A DNA stretch of 64,000 nucleotides, from assembly GCA_050251875.1 (NCBI GenBank), contig JBFWMA010000008.1, forward strand, positions 32,001 to 96,000. The letters run 5' to 3'. This DNA comes from Deferribacterales bacterium. GTDB taxonomy: Bacteria; Chrysiogenota; Deferribacteres; Deferribacterales; Geovibrionaceae. The notes below the pieces were generated by a model. It was not told the DNA's origin, made no database searches, and saw only the letters and a list, made by a program, of their open reading frames with translations. Shown here one piece after another: positions 18,828 to 28,922 of this stretch (its first letter is position 1; the number at the start of each line of letters is the position of its first letter). A program made the position numbers and the translations under genes.

Positions 18828-19628
18828 TCACCAGATTTTTTTCAAATCACGCATATGATCCGCCGAACCGGAATTTTTCACCAGCATCATCTCGCTGAGG
18901 ATGCTGAGGGCGATCTCCTTCGGGTTGGTGTCGGCTATATTGAGCCCCATGGGGGCATATACTCTTTTCAGCGCCTCTTCGCCCACGCTTCTGTCTTTCA
19001 GGTTGCCGAATATCTTTCTGATCTTCGATGTACTGCCGATCATGCCGATATATTTCGCCTGTGAGCCTGCCACGGCGAAAAGGGCGTTCTCGTCCGTGTG
19101 GTGGCTTCTGGTGGCGATGGCGATGTAGCTGAGGTCATCGAACTCGATGCTCTTCAGCACCTGTTCCATATCCCCGCAGATAACCTCAGACGCTTCCGGA
19201 AACAGCGCTCTGTCCGCCATGTCCGCTCTGTCGTCCACTATCACCGTGGAGAACCCGAACTCACTGCCCAGATGATAAAGCTGTGTGCCTATGTGTCCCG
19301 CCCCCACAATGTAAAGCACGGGCGATTTAGAAAATACTCTGATGAAAATGCGCACGCTTCCGCCGCACGCCATGTCGGCGTCCGCTTTCAGATTATACTG
19401 CGCCTCTTTGGAAACTCCCGTCCGGATACATTCCAGAGCCTCGCTCACCGCCAGATGCTCCAGCCTGCCGCCGCCTATGGTGCCGGAGGTCTCTCCGTTC
19501 TCCGCCACGGTCATCATATATCCGGTCACCGCCGGGGACGACCCTTCGCTATTTATCACTGTTATAAGGGCGGACGGCGTATTGGTACGCACATATTCCG
19601 CCAGCTTTTCCGATATCATTCTGTCCAT
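18828..19628 (-). CDS. xdhC: XdhC/CoxI family molybdenum cofactor chaperone
   Basis: GSSP, GTIGGG, MACGG, GAGHIG, YIGMIGS and APMGLNI motifs. Confidence 0.9.
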   Translation of the reverse strand: MDRMISEKLAEYVRTNTPSALITVINSEGSSPAVTGYMMTVAENGETSGTIGGGRLEHLAVSEALECIRTGVSKEAQYNLKADADMACGGSVRIFIRVFSKSPVLYIVGAGHIGTQLYHLGSEFGFSTVIVDDRADMADRALFPEASEVICGDMEQVLKSIEFDDLSYIAIATRSHHTDENALFAVAGSQAKYIGMIGSTSKIRKIFGNLKDRSVGEEALKRVYAPMGLNIADTNPKEIALSILSEMMLVKNSGSADHMRDLKKIW

Positions 19629-20425
19629 ATTCTATCCCTCAGATGCCCCATAACAGCCTCCACAACTCCCCCGCCCACGGCGAGAGCCTTGTCCGAGATC
19701 ATCAGGGCATTGCCCGTCTCTGTTTTTCTGACGTCCACATCGGCTATCTTCATGCCGACAGGCGTTTCGTATCCGTCCTGAATCATTCCGCGCACCAGCC
19801 CGTCAAAAGGCGCTTTTATCTCAGCATCGCCCACGATGGCGATCGTTTCGCCCTCGCGAACCACAGAGCCGATATCCCGCAGAACCTTTATCTTTCCGGC
19901 GTATGGGCTGTATATCACCCTTTCGGCTGATTTTCCGCCTATCTCCCCCGGCGTGCCTGTGTTGGGCGCCGCCTCTCCGGAATATATCACTCTGCCCAGC
20001 GTATGCCCCCGCCTGGTCTCCACCACGGCGTGCACGTCCGCTCCGGCGGTGAACCCGCACCCCAGAGCCACGGTGAACGGAGCCATGTCTATCCGTGTGC
20101 CCAGATTCCTCTTGGCTATCACGGCGTCCACCAGCACATCCGGCTTTATCTTCTCCAGTGAAGCGCAGTCAGGATCTATTATAACAGGTATACTGCCGCT
20201 GTTCAGAACATCTCTGTAATGCTCCGTATCCGTCAGGACAGCGGTGAGATCCTCCACCTGTGCCCTGCCGTCATACACCGCCATACACAGAGACACCGTG
20301 CGGCGAATTGCGGACGGCTTAGCGCATTCCAGAATCACAACATCAAAACCGCACTTTTTCAGACGGTAAATAACGCCCGTGGCGATGTCTCCTCCGCCCC
20401 GGACGGCTGTCAGTATCTTTTCCAC
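19616..20425 (-). CDS. yqeB: Selenium-dependent molybdenum hydroxylase system protein YqeB
   Basis: VRGGGDIATG, AIRRTVS, ETRRGHTLGR, KIADVD and ISDKALAVGGGV motifs. Confidence 0.9.
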   Translation of the reverse strand: MEKILTAVRGGGDIATGVIYRLKKCGFDVVILECAKPSAIRRTVSLCMAVYDGRAQVEDLTAVLTDTEHYRDVLNSGSIPVIIDPDCASLEKIKPDVLVDAVIAKRNLGTRIDMAPFTVALGCGFTAGADVHAVVETRRGHTLGRVIYSGEAAPNTGTPGEIGGKSAERVIYSPYAGKIKVLRDIGSVVREGETIAIVGDAEIKAPFDGLVRGMIQDGYETPVGMKIADVDVRKTETGNALMISDKALAVGGGVVEAVMGHLRDRIWTE

Positions 20426-20985
20426 AATTCTTTCACCCTTTTCAGGTCATCCATATCGTCAATGTCCGTGAACTGACCGCAGTCGGAAAACTCCACCATG
20501 TTCAGCCTGAACACTCCGGAATCTATAACGGCACGTCCGCCCATATCGCCCTCTATAGCTTTCAGAGCATCTATGGCTTTTGCCGGAAAAATAACGGGAT
20601 TGCGTCTCTTTCCGTCACAGACAGGTATGGTTATATGGTCTTTCTTATGATTATATATCAGTTTATCAATAGTTTCAGCTTTTAAGAGAGGCATATCCGC
20701 CGCAAAGAACATCACGTCCGTGTCTATATCCGTGAGCCCCAGACGGATGCTGTATCCCTGTCCGGCTTCCGGATTATCCACATATATCGTATTTATGCCG
20801 TATTTTTCGGCTGTTTCTGCTATTTTGTCGTTATGATATGTCAGATTTATCCGTGAAAATGAAGATACCGGAAGTTTTTTCAGAAAAATATCTATGACGC
20901 TCCCGCCGTCCAGTTCCAGAAGGAGCTTGTCGGTGCCCAGCCTCTTTGACTGACCCGCCGCCAGCACCACGGCAGAGATCATCAC
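20410..20985 (-). CDS. mocA: Molybdenum cofactor cytidylyltransferase MocA/YgfJ family
   Basis: VVLAAGQSKRLG.DK, ADMP, GDMGGR and DIDD motifs. Confidence 0.82.
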   Translation of the reverse strand: MMISAVVLAAGQSKRLGTDKLLLELDGGSVIDIFLKKLPVSSFSRINLTYHNDKIAETAEKYGINTIYVDNPEAGQGYSIRLGLTDIDTDVMFFAADMPLLKAETIDKLIYNHKKDHITIPVCDGKRRNPVIFPAKAIDALKAIEGDMGGRAVIDSGVFRLNMVEFSDCGQFTDIDDMDDLKRVKELWKRY

Positions 20986-21662
20986 AGCACTCTCACTCTC
21001 TCGGCGAAGACGTCTCCGCACACCGTCATCATGCTCTGTTTTTCTATGTCGGCATCCTCCGGAGAGTGGCTGAAATAGAGTATTTTCCTGCCGGAACTCG
21101 CCTTAAAAAGCCCTATTTTGTGATTTACCAGCGCATACAGGTGTTTTTTCTCTATCACGTCACCGTCCTGAAGCCCCGTCAGAACTTTAAATACGGAGTA
21201 TCGGTGAACCAGGCTCTCGTCCAGCCTCATCCCCAGCACGCTGTAATTGATGATGCCGATGGTGTAGTCCCCGCAGGGATATATCACAGGCTCGTAATGG
21301 TTCCAGCCTTTCAGCGGTTTTTTCTTCGACCCGTCCGCCTCTATCAGCATCAGGTCGAAGCGTTCTTTCAGATCATTATATTTTGCCGGAGTATCCAGAA
21401 ATATCTTGTTATGGTCTATCCCCTCGGACACCACATATATTCCGCACGATATCTCCTGTCCCTCGAAACATTTGCCGGAGAGATCCACATGGTCGGCATA
21501 GTCCGGCAGATACATCTTGGTGGAGGCGGTTATCAGAACGCTCATGCCTCTGGACTTCGCCTCCAGAGCCAGCCTCTTTATCAGGTTGGTCTTGCCGCCG
21601 GCGCCTGTTATGAAGACAGCTCCTTTTTCTATTCCGAAGGCTTTAAGAAAAATATCATCCAT
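20982..21662 (-). CDS. yqeC: Selenium cofactor biosynthesis protein YqeC
   Basis: GAGGKT, TASTKM and LIEADGSKKKPLKG..YEPVI motifs. Confidence 0.88.
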   Translation of the reverse strand: MDDIFLKAFGIEKGAVFITGAGGKTNLIKRLALEAKSRGMSVLITASTKMYLPDYADHVDLSGKCFEGQEISCGIYVVSEGIDHNKIFLDTPAKYNDLKERFDLMLIEADGSKKKPLKGWNHYEPVIYPCGDYTIGIINYSVLGMRLDESLVHRYSVFKVLTGLQDGDVIEKKHLYALVNHKIGLFKASSGRKILYFSHSPEDADIEKQSMMTVCGDVFAERVRVL

Positions 21663-23952
21663 TTTTTTTCATCATCCCCAGAAGAACTTTTTCAGGAGTA
21701 ATGGGAAGCTCCGTAACACGCACTCCTGTGGCGTTATAAACAGCGTGGGCAATAGCCGGAGCCGGAGTGTTGGTAACCACCTCTCCCAGCGATTTCGCCC
21801 CGAACGGACCTGTGGGCTCGTAACTGCTCTCGAACGCCGTGCGTATACAGCCGAAATCCTTACGGCAGGGTATTTTATATGTCATGAAAGTATCAGTCGC
21901 CATGCGCCCAGTGGACGAATATATCACATCTTCGTAAAGCGCCAGACCGATGCCCTGCGCTATGCCGCCCTCCAGCTGAACACGGGCAAGGTTTTCGTTG
22001 ATTACCGTTCCGCAGTCCGCCACAGCGGCAAAATCCGTAACGGCGCATCTGCCTGTTTCCATATCCACGGTCACTTCAGCGAATCCCGCCACAAAAGGCG
22101 GCGGAGATGTCTCGCCTCCGTATGTTCCCTTCGCTATCAGCTGATCCTTCCCAGTGAAACCGCACAGTTTTTCTCCCAGCTCTCTGAGCGATATACTGCT
22201 GCCGTCTTTTGATTTTATCTCAGCTCCGCCGTATTCTATGCTCTCTGTGTCTGTGTGGAGCATACGGGCGGCGGTCTCTGTTATCTGTCTTTTCATGTCT
22301 TCTGCGGCGGCTATGACAGCGTTCCCTGTGACATATGTTCCGCTGGAGGCGTAGGCTCCGGGGTCATAGGGCACTGTGTCTATGTCATCGCTGGTGACGA
22401 TGATGCTCGATATATCCACTTCCAGCACTTCCGCCGCCATCTGGAGCAGAACGGTATCACTGCCCTGTCCCATGTCGGAGGCTGAGTGTATCAGTGTGAA
22501 GAATCCGCCGTCATTCAGCTTAATATACGCCGTGGCGGTGTCGATCTTGGCTATGCCCGATCCCTGCATGGTTACCGCCATGCCGTATCCCTTCACATAT
22601 CTGTCGTCTATAACCTGCCTGGGATATTTTTCGTCCCAGCCTATCATCTTTTTACCTGTCTCTATGCACCTTCTCAGGGCTGTGCTCTTCAGCACGGCGG
22701 GGCTTCCCGCCATCGATCCGTCCAGCTCATAGTGGGCGTCCCCTTCGTCCAGCAGATTCATCATCCTCAGCTCACAGGGGTCTATGCCCAGCATGTCGGA
22801 GAGCTGGTTCATCGCCGATTCCTGAGCGAACGTGCCCTGTGTGGCGCCGTATCCACGGAGCGCTCCGGCGGGCATCTTGTTAGTGTAGAGAGCGTGTCCG
22901 TAATATCTGCACGCTTCTGAGTGATAGAGCGGAAGAGTCTTGTGTCCAACCACATAAAAAACCGTGGGAGCATGCTCTCCGTATGCTCCGGTGTCTGAAA
23001 AACCGTGGATGTCTATCGCCTTTATCCTGCCTGTGCTGTCCGCACCCAGTCTCACATCCAGCTTCATGGCGTGGCGGCTGGTGGAACAGGAGAACGTTTC
23101 GTGGCGTGTGTATATTATTTTGGACGGTTTTTTGGTGATGTGCGTCACCAGAGCCGGAAAAAGCTCCGCCGTGGCGGTCTGTTTTCCGCCAAAACCGCCG
23201 CCTAGACGTGGTTTTATTATTCTGATATTCTGCTTAGGGATGCCCAGAATCCTCGAAAGATGTCTGCGGACATGGAAAGGTATCTGGGTGGAGCTGGTGA
23301 CGACAAGCCTGCCGTTATAATCTATTCTGGCGGACGCCCGGTATGTCTCCATCATGGCGTGCGCCTGCGCCTGTGTCCGGCATGACAGCTCCGACACGAC
23401 AGAACATTCTTTCAGCTTCTCCTCCACATTTCCCTGCTCGGTGTATGTGGTGGAGGCTATGTTTCTGGATGAGTCGCATCCTATGTCGAAGTTGGTATGG
23501 GGCTGAACGGAATGCACCTGATTAGGGTTATCCAGAGCAGTGTCCGGATCGAGCACAGACTCCAGCAGTTCATATTCCACATGTATTTTTTTCAGAGCTT
23601 TCAGGGCGGTCTTCTCGTCCACGGCGGCGACTATCGCCACCTCATCGCCCACATAGCGCACATGCCTGTCCAGAACCCTCCGGTCGTATGCGGACGGCTC
23701 GGGATATGACTGACCCGCCAGAGTAAAATTAACGTCCGGCACATCTTTATATGTCAGAGCACATTCCACGCCTTCCATAGCCAGAGCTTCAGAGACGTCT
23801 ATGCTCTTTATCACGGCGCTGGGGTGCGGACTGCGAAGTATCTTTATTATCAGTGTGTTGTTATTAATCTCCAGATCGTCCGTGTATACGGGCAGACCTC
23901 TTACCAGAGCGTTTCCGTCAGATTTGTGTATCTTTTTGCCGATATATCTCAT
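21655..23952 (-). CDS. Xanthine dehydrogenase family molybdopterin-binding subunit
   Basis: LRSPHP, GGGFGGKQ, GALRGYGATQG, DMGQGS and GPFGAKSLGE motifs. Confidence 0.93.
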   Translation of the reverse strand: MRYIGKKIHKSDGNALVRGLPVYTDDLEINNNTLIIKILRSPHPSAVIKSIDVSEALAMEGVECALTYKDVPDVNFTLAGQSYPEPSAYDRRVLDRHVRYVGDEVAIVAAVDEKTALKALKKIHVEYELLESVLDPDTALDNPNQVHSVQPHTNFDIGCDSSRNIASTTYTEQGNVEEKLKECSVVSELSCRTQAQAHAMMETYRASARIDYNGRLVVTSSTQIPFHVRRHLSRILGIPKQNIRIIKPRLGGGFGGKQTATAELFPALVTHITKKPSKIIYTRHETFSCSTSRHAMKLDVRLGADSTGRIKAIDIHGFSDTGAYGEHAPTVFYVVGHKTLPLYHSEACRYYGHALYTNKMPAGALRGYGATQGTFAQESAMNQLSDMLGIDPCELRMMNLLDEGDAHYELDGSMAGSPAVLKSTALRRCIETGKKMIGWDEKYPRQVIDDRYVKGYGMAVTMQGSGIAKIDTATAYIKLNDGGFFTLIHSASDMGQGSDTVLLQMAAEVLEVDISSIIVTSDDIDTVPYDPGAYASSGTYVTGNAVIAAAEDMKRQITETAARMLHTDTESIEYGGAEIKSKDGSSISLRELGEKLCGFTGKDQLIAKGTYGGETSPPPFVAGFAEVTVDMETGRCAVTDFAAVADCGTVINENLARVQLEGGIAQGIGLALYEDVIYSSTGRMATDTFMTYKIPCRKDFGCIRTAFESSYEPTGPFGAKSLGEVVTNTPAPAIAHAVYNATGVRVTELPITPEKVLLGMMKKNG

Positions 23953-24401
23953 TTTTTCGACTCCAGATACTTTTTAACGGCTCTGGTCTGGCTCATATAT
24001 CCGGTGCACCGGCACAGGCATCCAGCCATATAGTGCTGTATCTCATCTTCTGTGGGGTCTTTCAGCTCCTTTTCCATAGCGAGCACGGTCATCACGAATC
24101 CGGACAGACAGAATCCGCACTGCTCCGCCCCCTCGTCCGCCATAAAGGCGGCGAAGACCTCCGCCTGTTCACGCACACCCTCTATGGTGGTGATGCTCGC
24201 TCCGTCCGCTCTGGCGGTCAGATAGGCGCAGGAGAGGATGGGTTTTTCGTCCACCCACACGGTGCAGAGCCCGCATGAGCCTGTGTCGCATCCCTGCTTC
24301 ACGCTGAGGTATCCGGCCTTTCTGAGGGTTTCGGAAAGGAACTCGCCGGGATCGGCGATCAGCTCCCTCTTCTGTCCGTTTACGGTGAGATTAACCAGCA
24401 T
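23949..24401 (-). CDS. 2x[2Fe-2S] subunit of the molybdenum hydroxylase
   Basis: GCDTGSCGLC...SC and QCGFC...CRCTGY motifs. Confidence 0.93.
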   Translation of the reverse strand: MLVNLTVNGQKRELIADPGEFLSETLRKAGYLSVKQGCDTGSCGLCTVWVDEKPILSCAYLTARADGASITTIEGVREQAEVFAAFMADEGAEQCGFCLSGFVMTVLAMEKELKDPTEDEIQHYMAGCLCRCTGYMSQTRAVKKYLESKK

Positions 24402-25191
24402 GGGCAGCCCCCATGACGGCACGTTTAACGAGCGGCACGCAGACCGCTTTTCTATAGTCCGCTTTTCCTCTGATATTATCCTGAAAATCCAGAGTTCCGG
24501 CGCATATTCTTCCTGCCTCTTCGGCTGTTTTTTCGTTTATTATATTATTATTCAGAAATTCCTCAGCTTCTGCAACTCTGACGGCTTTCTGAGGTCTCGC
24601 ACCCACAGCCAGAGAGTATTTTCCGTCTGTCACGGCGCAGGCGCAGTTCAGCACGGCATAGTCTCCATGTGAGTTTCTGACGCTATTAAAGACCGCTTTT
24701 TTTATGTTATTTTGTATTATTACCTTAGTTATTATATCTTTTGACAGTTTTTTCGAGTTCATATACTCAGCCAGGTTCATGGATGCGCCGGAGGCAAAAG
24801 CGATAGTCACGTCCAGCACGGACATAGCGGTGAGTATATCGGAGAAAGGATAGCGCCCGGCAACAGTTCCGCCGATGGTGGCGCAGTTTCTGAGCTGTAC
24901 GCCAACTATATCTGCGCAGGCATCCTTAAAAAGGTATCCGAAATTTTCCAGAATGTTTTTGTCCGTCTCCAGAGCACGCAGGCTCACCATAGCGCCCAGC
25001 TCTGTCGATCCGTCCCTGACCGTTATTCTGTCCAGCTCCAGAGCGGACAGGTCTATCCCCGTTGAGATATTTTTTGCGCCCATGCGCAGATAACAGCATC
25101 CGCCCAGAACAGCGGCACCGTCAGTGTTCTGATATACTTTCAGTGCGTCTTCGGCTGAAACCGCCCTGTAATACTTTTCGATATTCATCAT
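24391..25191 (-). CDS. FAD-binding subunit of the molybdenum hydroxylase (YgfM-like)
   Basis: QLRNCATIGG, FSDILT and DNIRGKADYR motifs; gene context. Confidence 0.88.
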   Translation of the reverse strand: MMNIEKYYRAVSAEDALKVYQNTDGAAVLGGCCYLRMGAKNISTGIDLSALELDRITVRDGSTELGAMVSLRALETDKNILENFGYLFKDACADIVGVQLRNCATIGGTVAGRYPFSDILTAMSVLDVTIAFASGASMNLAEYMNSKKLSKDIITKVIIQNNIKKAVFNSVRNSHGDYAVLNCACAVTDGKYSLAVGARPQKAVRVAEAEEFLNNNIINEKTAEEAGRICAGTLDFQDNIRGKADYRKAVCVPLVKRAVMGAAHAG

Positions 25192-25253
25192 CTAATAGAA
25201 GCTCCCGATCTCTGATATAACAATATCCTGTTTAATACTCATTTTTGCAACAC

Positions 25254-25282
25254 AAAAAAGGCAGGGCTTCTGACCCTGCCTT
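25254..25282 (-). terminator. Terminator after the purine permease
   Basis: Minus strand reads GGCAGGGTCAGAAGCCCTGCC followed by T6. Confidence 0.75.
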
Positions 25283-25305
25283 GCCTGTTTATAATGTTTC
25301 TGAGT

Positions 25306-26601
25306 TTATTCGTGCTCGTCTTTCGGCAGGATAATATTCAGAATCAGCGCTATTGTTCCGGAAACAACAATGCCTGAACCGCCGAATATCATGCGCACGC
25401 CTTCGGGAAAGCTCACCAGAGCCTCCGGCACGGAACCCAGACCGAATCCCAGACCAAGAGCCACGGCGACTATCACGGCGTTTCTGCCTGCCATGCTCTG
25501 TTTGGTTATCAGAGTCATACCGCTGACAGCTATCATAGAGAAAACGATAACCATAGCCCCGCCCAGAACACTGTTGGGTATCATGGCGAGCACAGCGCCC
25601 AGCTTAGGCACGAGACCGGACACGATGAGTATCACGGCTCCCACAGCGACAACGTATCTGCTCATGACTTTTGTCATGGCGACTATGCCCACGTTCTGGC
25701 TGAAGGATGTGTTGGGAAGACAGTTGAAAAGAGCGGCGAAAATACTTCCGGCGCCGTCAGCTATAACGCCTCCGGACAGCTCTTTGTCTGTTGCTTCTCT
25801 GTTTGCTCCGCCCATGGTGATTCCGGATATATCGCCCACTGTCTCCACAGTTGTCACGACATACATCAGAGCCATAGCGGCTATGGCATCCCAGTGAAAG
25901 GATATTCCGTATTTCAGAGGCATGGGAAAGCTGAAATAGCCTGCTGAGGCAAAATTGGCAAGGTTGAGCTTGCCCATGAAAAAGGCGGCAACGTATCCGA
26001 CAATGATTCCTATCAGGATAGAGGATACGCTCAGAGCGCCTTTGGTGAATGATTTAAATATAAGTATGGTAACGAGAACGATGAACCCCAGTATGAGGTT
26101 GGAAGGAGAACCGAAGTCCGGAGCTTTTACCCCGCCGGCGAAATACTGGATTCCAACGGGCAGAAGAGAAAGACCGATGGACAGAAGAACTGTACCTGTC
26201 ACCACAGGGGGAAAAAGTTTTCTCAAAGGACGCAGAAATGATCCCAGAACTATCTCCACCAGACCGCCCACAATAGAGGCGCCCAGAATACCTGCCAGAC
26301 CGTACTGCTTGCCGATGGCTATACAAGTGGGGAGAAAGCCGAAGCTGGTTCCCATCACCACGGGCAGTCTCGCCCCTATGGGTCCCACAGGATAAGCCTG
26401 CACAAGGGTCACGATACCTGAAGCAAACATCGCACACTGTATCAGAAATATCTTCTCATCGGCGGGAATCTGAAGTATGCCCGCAATGATGATGATAGGC
26501 GTGATGTTTCCTACAAACATCGCCAGAACATGCTGAAGTCCCAGAGGAAACGCCTGCTTCAGAGGCGGAACTCCGTTCAGCTCAAAGGGTGATTTGCTCA
26601 T
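25306..26601 (-). CDS. NCS2/NAT xanthine-uracil permease
   Basis: GLQHVLAMF, ETVGD and TSFSQNVG NAT signature. ATG 26601 with GAGGAG RBS. Confidence 0.93.
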   Translation of the reverse strand: MSKSPFELNGVPPLKQAFPLGLQHVLAMFVGNITPIIIIAGILQIPADEKIFLIQCAMFASGIVTLVQAYPVGPIGARLPVVMGTSFGFLPTCIAIGKQYGLAGILGASIVGGLVEIVLGSFLRPLRKLFPPVVTGTVLLSIGLSLLPVGIQYFAGGVKAPDFGSPSNLILGFIVLVTILIFKSFTKGALSVSSILIGIIVGYVAAFFMGKLNLANFASAGYFSFPMPLKYGISFHWDAIAAMALMYVVTTVETVGDISGITMGGANREATDKELSGGVIADGAGSIFAALFNCLPNTSFSQNVGIVAMTKVMSRYVVAVGAVILIVSGLVPKLGAVLAMIPNSVLGGAMVIVFSMIAVSGMTLITKQSMAGRNAVIVAVALGLGFGLGSVPEALVSFPEGVRMIFGGSGIVVSGTIALILNIILPKDEHE

Positions 26602-26793
26602 AAAAACTCCTCTTTCAATTACAAAGATGTAGAAATGTAACAAACAGGGATAAAAAATGTCAACATCAATAGTCCGGCAGAAAACGCAGAAAAAAGCATC
26701 TGTGCGTTTTACCATATTCTGACAAAACTTAAATAAATCTATTAATTGACTTTTTATTAAATTATACGATCTTATACTCATAGGATATTTATT

Positions 26794-27144
26794 ATGTTAC
26801 ATACAAACTTAGTCAGCATCGGCGGATGCATTATTAAGCACTGTTCCGAAATGTCTGAAAAAGATCTACAGCTTGTTTTCGACTATCTCTTCCACAAGCA
26901 GTGTCTGAACGCCCACACTGTCAGATGCGGTCGGATGGATTTTACCATCTCGCCGATGGAACCGGAAAACCCTAAAAGCATGTGGAATTTCGAAAGCCTG
27001 AACAAAGACATTGATGTCGCCATAGACAATGTTTTTGATATAGAAGAGATGTCCAGAATCGCTCACAAGGCGCTGTTCATCGCCACCGCTCTGAAGATGC
27101 GGGAAGTCACCTGCAACGTACAGCTTAAGAACGCCTATATCTGA
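26794..27144 (+). CDS. Hypothetical protein
   Basis: 116-aa ORF with AGGA RBS filling the intergenic space; no recognised motif. Confidence 0.6.
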   Translation: MLHTNLVSIGGCIIKHCSEMSEKDLQLVFDYLFHKQCLNAHTVRCGRMDFTISPMEPENPKSMWNFESLNKDIDVAIDNVFDIEEMSRIAHKALFIATALKMREVTCNVQLKNAYI

Positions 27145-27215
27145 CAGCCGCTGTTTTTGGTTGAACATGCGGGCGATCTTCAATATATTTCATTTAACAA
27201 CATAAAGGAGTGTGT

Positions 27216-28415
27216 ATGCCGCCCCTATCTCAGGAGACAGTCTCTGTCACTGTCACGCCAGCCGCAGTAAAATCCGTCAAAAACGGTCATCCGTGGATAT
27301 ACGCGGAATCCATAATCCGTGCCAACAGAGAGGGGAACCCCGGCGACATAGCCGTCATATACAACCAAAAGAGGGAATACACAGCCATAGGGCTCTATGA
27401 CCCTGCGTCACCCATCCGCATCCGTGTTCTGCACAGAGGCAGACAGACGTCCATAGACGAAGACTGGCTGAGACGCCGCATAGAAGACTCCATAGCGAAA
27501 AGAACGGATCTGGCGGATGATGAGTCCACCACCGGATACCGTCTGATACACGGCGAAAATGACGGACTGCCCGGACTGGTGGCGGACGTATACGGCGCTG
27601 TGCTGGTGATAAAGCTGGACACGGCGGCGTGGATAAGACACCTGAACATCATTAAAGCCATAATGACCGAGCTGACGGCGCCTGAAACCATAGTGCTGAG
27701 ACTTTCACGCACCATAGAGGACACGCCGGAAACATATGACGGTCAGATAATATATGGAAAGGATATCACCAAACCCGTGGTTTTTTCCGAAAACGGGATA
27801 CTCTTCGAGGCTGACCCGGTGAACGGGCAGAAAACGGGATTCTTTCTGGATCAGAGAGAGAACAGAGCTCTGGTGAAGACACTGTGCAGGGGAAAAGACG
27901 TTCTGAACGTTTTTTCATACAACGGGGGATTCTCGCTGTACGCAGCGTCCGGCGGGGCAAAATCCGTAATCAGTCTGGACATAGCCAGAGAGGCGCTCAC
28001 TGCCTCCGAAAGAAACTTCGCCCTGAACCCGTCACTTTCGAAATGCCGTCACGAGATACTCTGCGGAGACGCATTCGAACACATGAAACTGCTGGCGGAC
28101 AGGGGACGTAAATTTGACGTGGTGATAGTCGACCCGCCTTCATTCGCCAGAAAACAGCAGGACGTGCCGCAGGCTCTGAAAGCATATGAAAAACTGGCAA
28201 AGCTGGCGGTATCGCTCACAGCAAAAGGCGGAATGATGGCATGCGCATCGTGCTCAGCCAGAGTGCCTGCTGAAGATTTTTTCGACACAGTGCTGAAAGC
28301 GGTGAAAAAATCCGGCAGAAACCACAAGGAAACAGACCGCACACAGCACGCCTCAGACCACCCCATCGGCTTTCCCGAGGGAGCGTATCTGAAGTGTATC
28401 TATATCAGGCTGTAG
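27216..28415 (+). CDS. rlmI: RlmI-like 23S rRNA m5C methyltransferase (PUA + SAM domains)
   Basis: GHPWIY, GENDGLPGL, GQKTGFFLDQR, DPPSF and YLK motifs. Confidence 0.88.
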   Translation: MPPLSQETVSVTVTPAAVKSVKNGHPWIYAESIIRANREGNPGDIAVIYNQKREYTAIGLYDPASPIRIRVLHRGRQTSIDEDWLRRRIEDSIAKRTDLADDESTTGYRLIHGENDGLPGLVADVYGAVLVIKLDTAAWIRHLNIIKAIMTELTAPETIVLRLSRTIEDTPETYDGQIIYGKDITKPVVFSENGILFEADPVNGQKTGFFLDQRENRALVKTLCRGKDVLNVFSYNGGFSLYAASGGAKSVISLDIAREALTASERNFALNPSLSKCRHEILCGDAFEHMKLLADRGRKFDVVIVDPPSFARKQQDVPQALKAYEKLAKLAVSLTAKGGMMACASCSARVPAEDFFDTVLKAVKKSGRNHKETDRTQHASDHPIGFPEGAYLKCIYIRL

Positions 28416-28416
28416 A

Positions 28417-28860
28417 TCAGTCAAGCATCAGCTTAAGATCTTCCAGCTTCTGCGATCCGTATTCATCATCTATCAGATTTCCGTCATGTCCGTATACTCT
28501 GGTGTATGGCACGGCGTCTATCTTCATCAGCTCCTTATAAAGATCAGGCGTGCCGATAAAGAATTTAAACGGAAATTTCTCATCCTTAACAGTGGATATG
28601 GCAAAGGAACAGTCCTTCTCCTTTGTGATTCCCACAACCTGAATGTTGTTGTTTTTCAGAAAATCGGGATTTTCCCTCAGCATCCTCAGCTCCCTCATGC
28701 AGTGCGGACACCAGGGCGCCCAGAAAACCACCATGGTCTTGCCTTTAAATGATTTGATAACCTTTTGCAGTCCGGCATTGTCTATGGTGTCCATAGAGCC
28801 GGCATATGAATAGGCGCAGAGAAGCACTAGGAAAAGTGTCAGAATAAATTTTCTCATCAT
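28417..28860 (-). CDS. TlpA/thioredoxin-like periplasmic protein
   Basis: Signal peptide; FWAPWCPHC; VP cis-Pro motif. Confidence 0.85.
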   Translation of the reverse strand: MMRKFILTLFLVLLCAYSYAGSMDTIDNAGLQKVIKSFKGKTMVVFWAPWCPHCMRELRMLRENPDFLKNNNIQVVGITKEKDCSFAISTVKDEKFPFKFFIGTPDLYKELMKIDAVPYTRVYGHDGNLIDDEYGSQKLEDLKLMLD

Positions 28861-28922
28861 TGTCTCCAAATAAAATCAACTGAAAATAAAATAATACATC
28901 ATCGCTGTTATTTCAATACCGT

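Noticed and set aside
18828..25191. Selenocysteine (UGA) readthrough in the selenium-related cluster
   Set aside because: All proteins appear full length, and most TGA stops overlap the next gene's start; YqeB/YqeC systems use labile selenium, not Sec.
26602..26790. Purine riboswitch upstream of the xanthine permease
   Set aside because: AATATGG, GGACTA and TTTCTAC fragments occur on the minus strand but not in the order, spacing or pairing of the aptamer.
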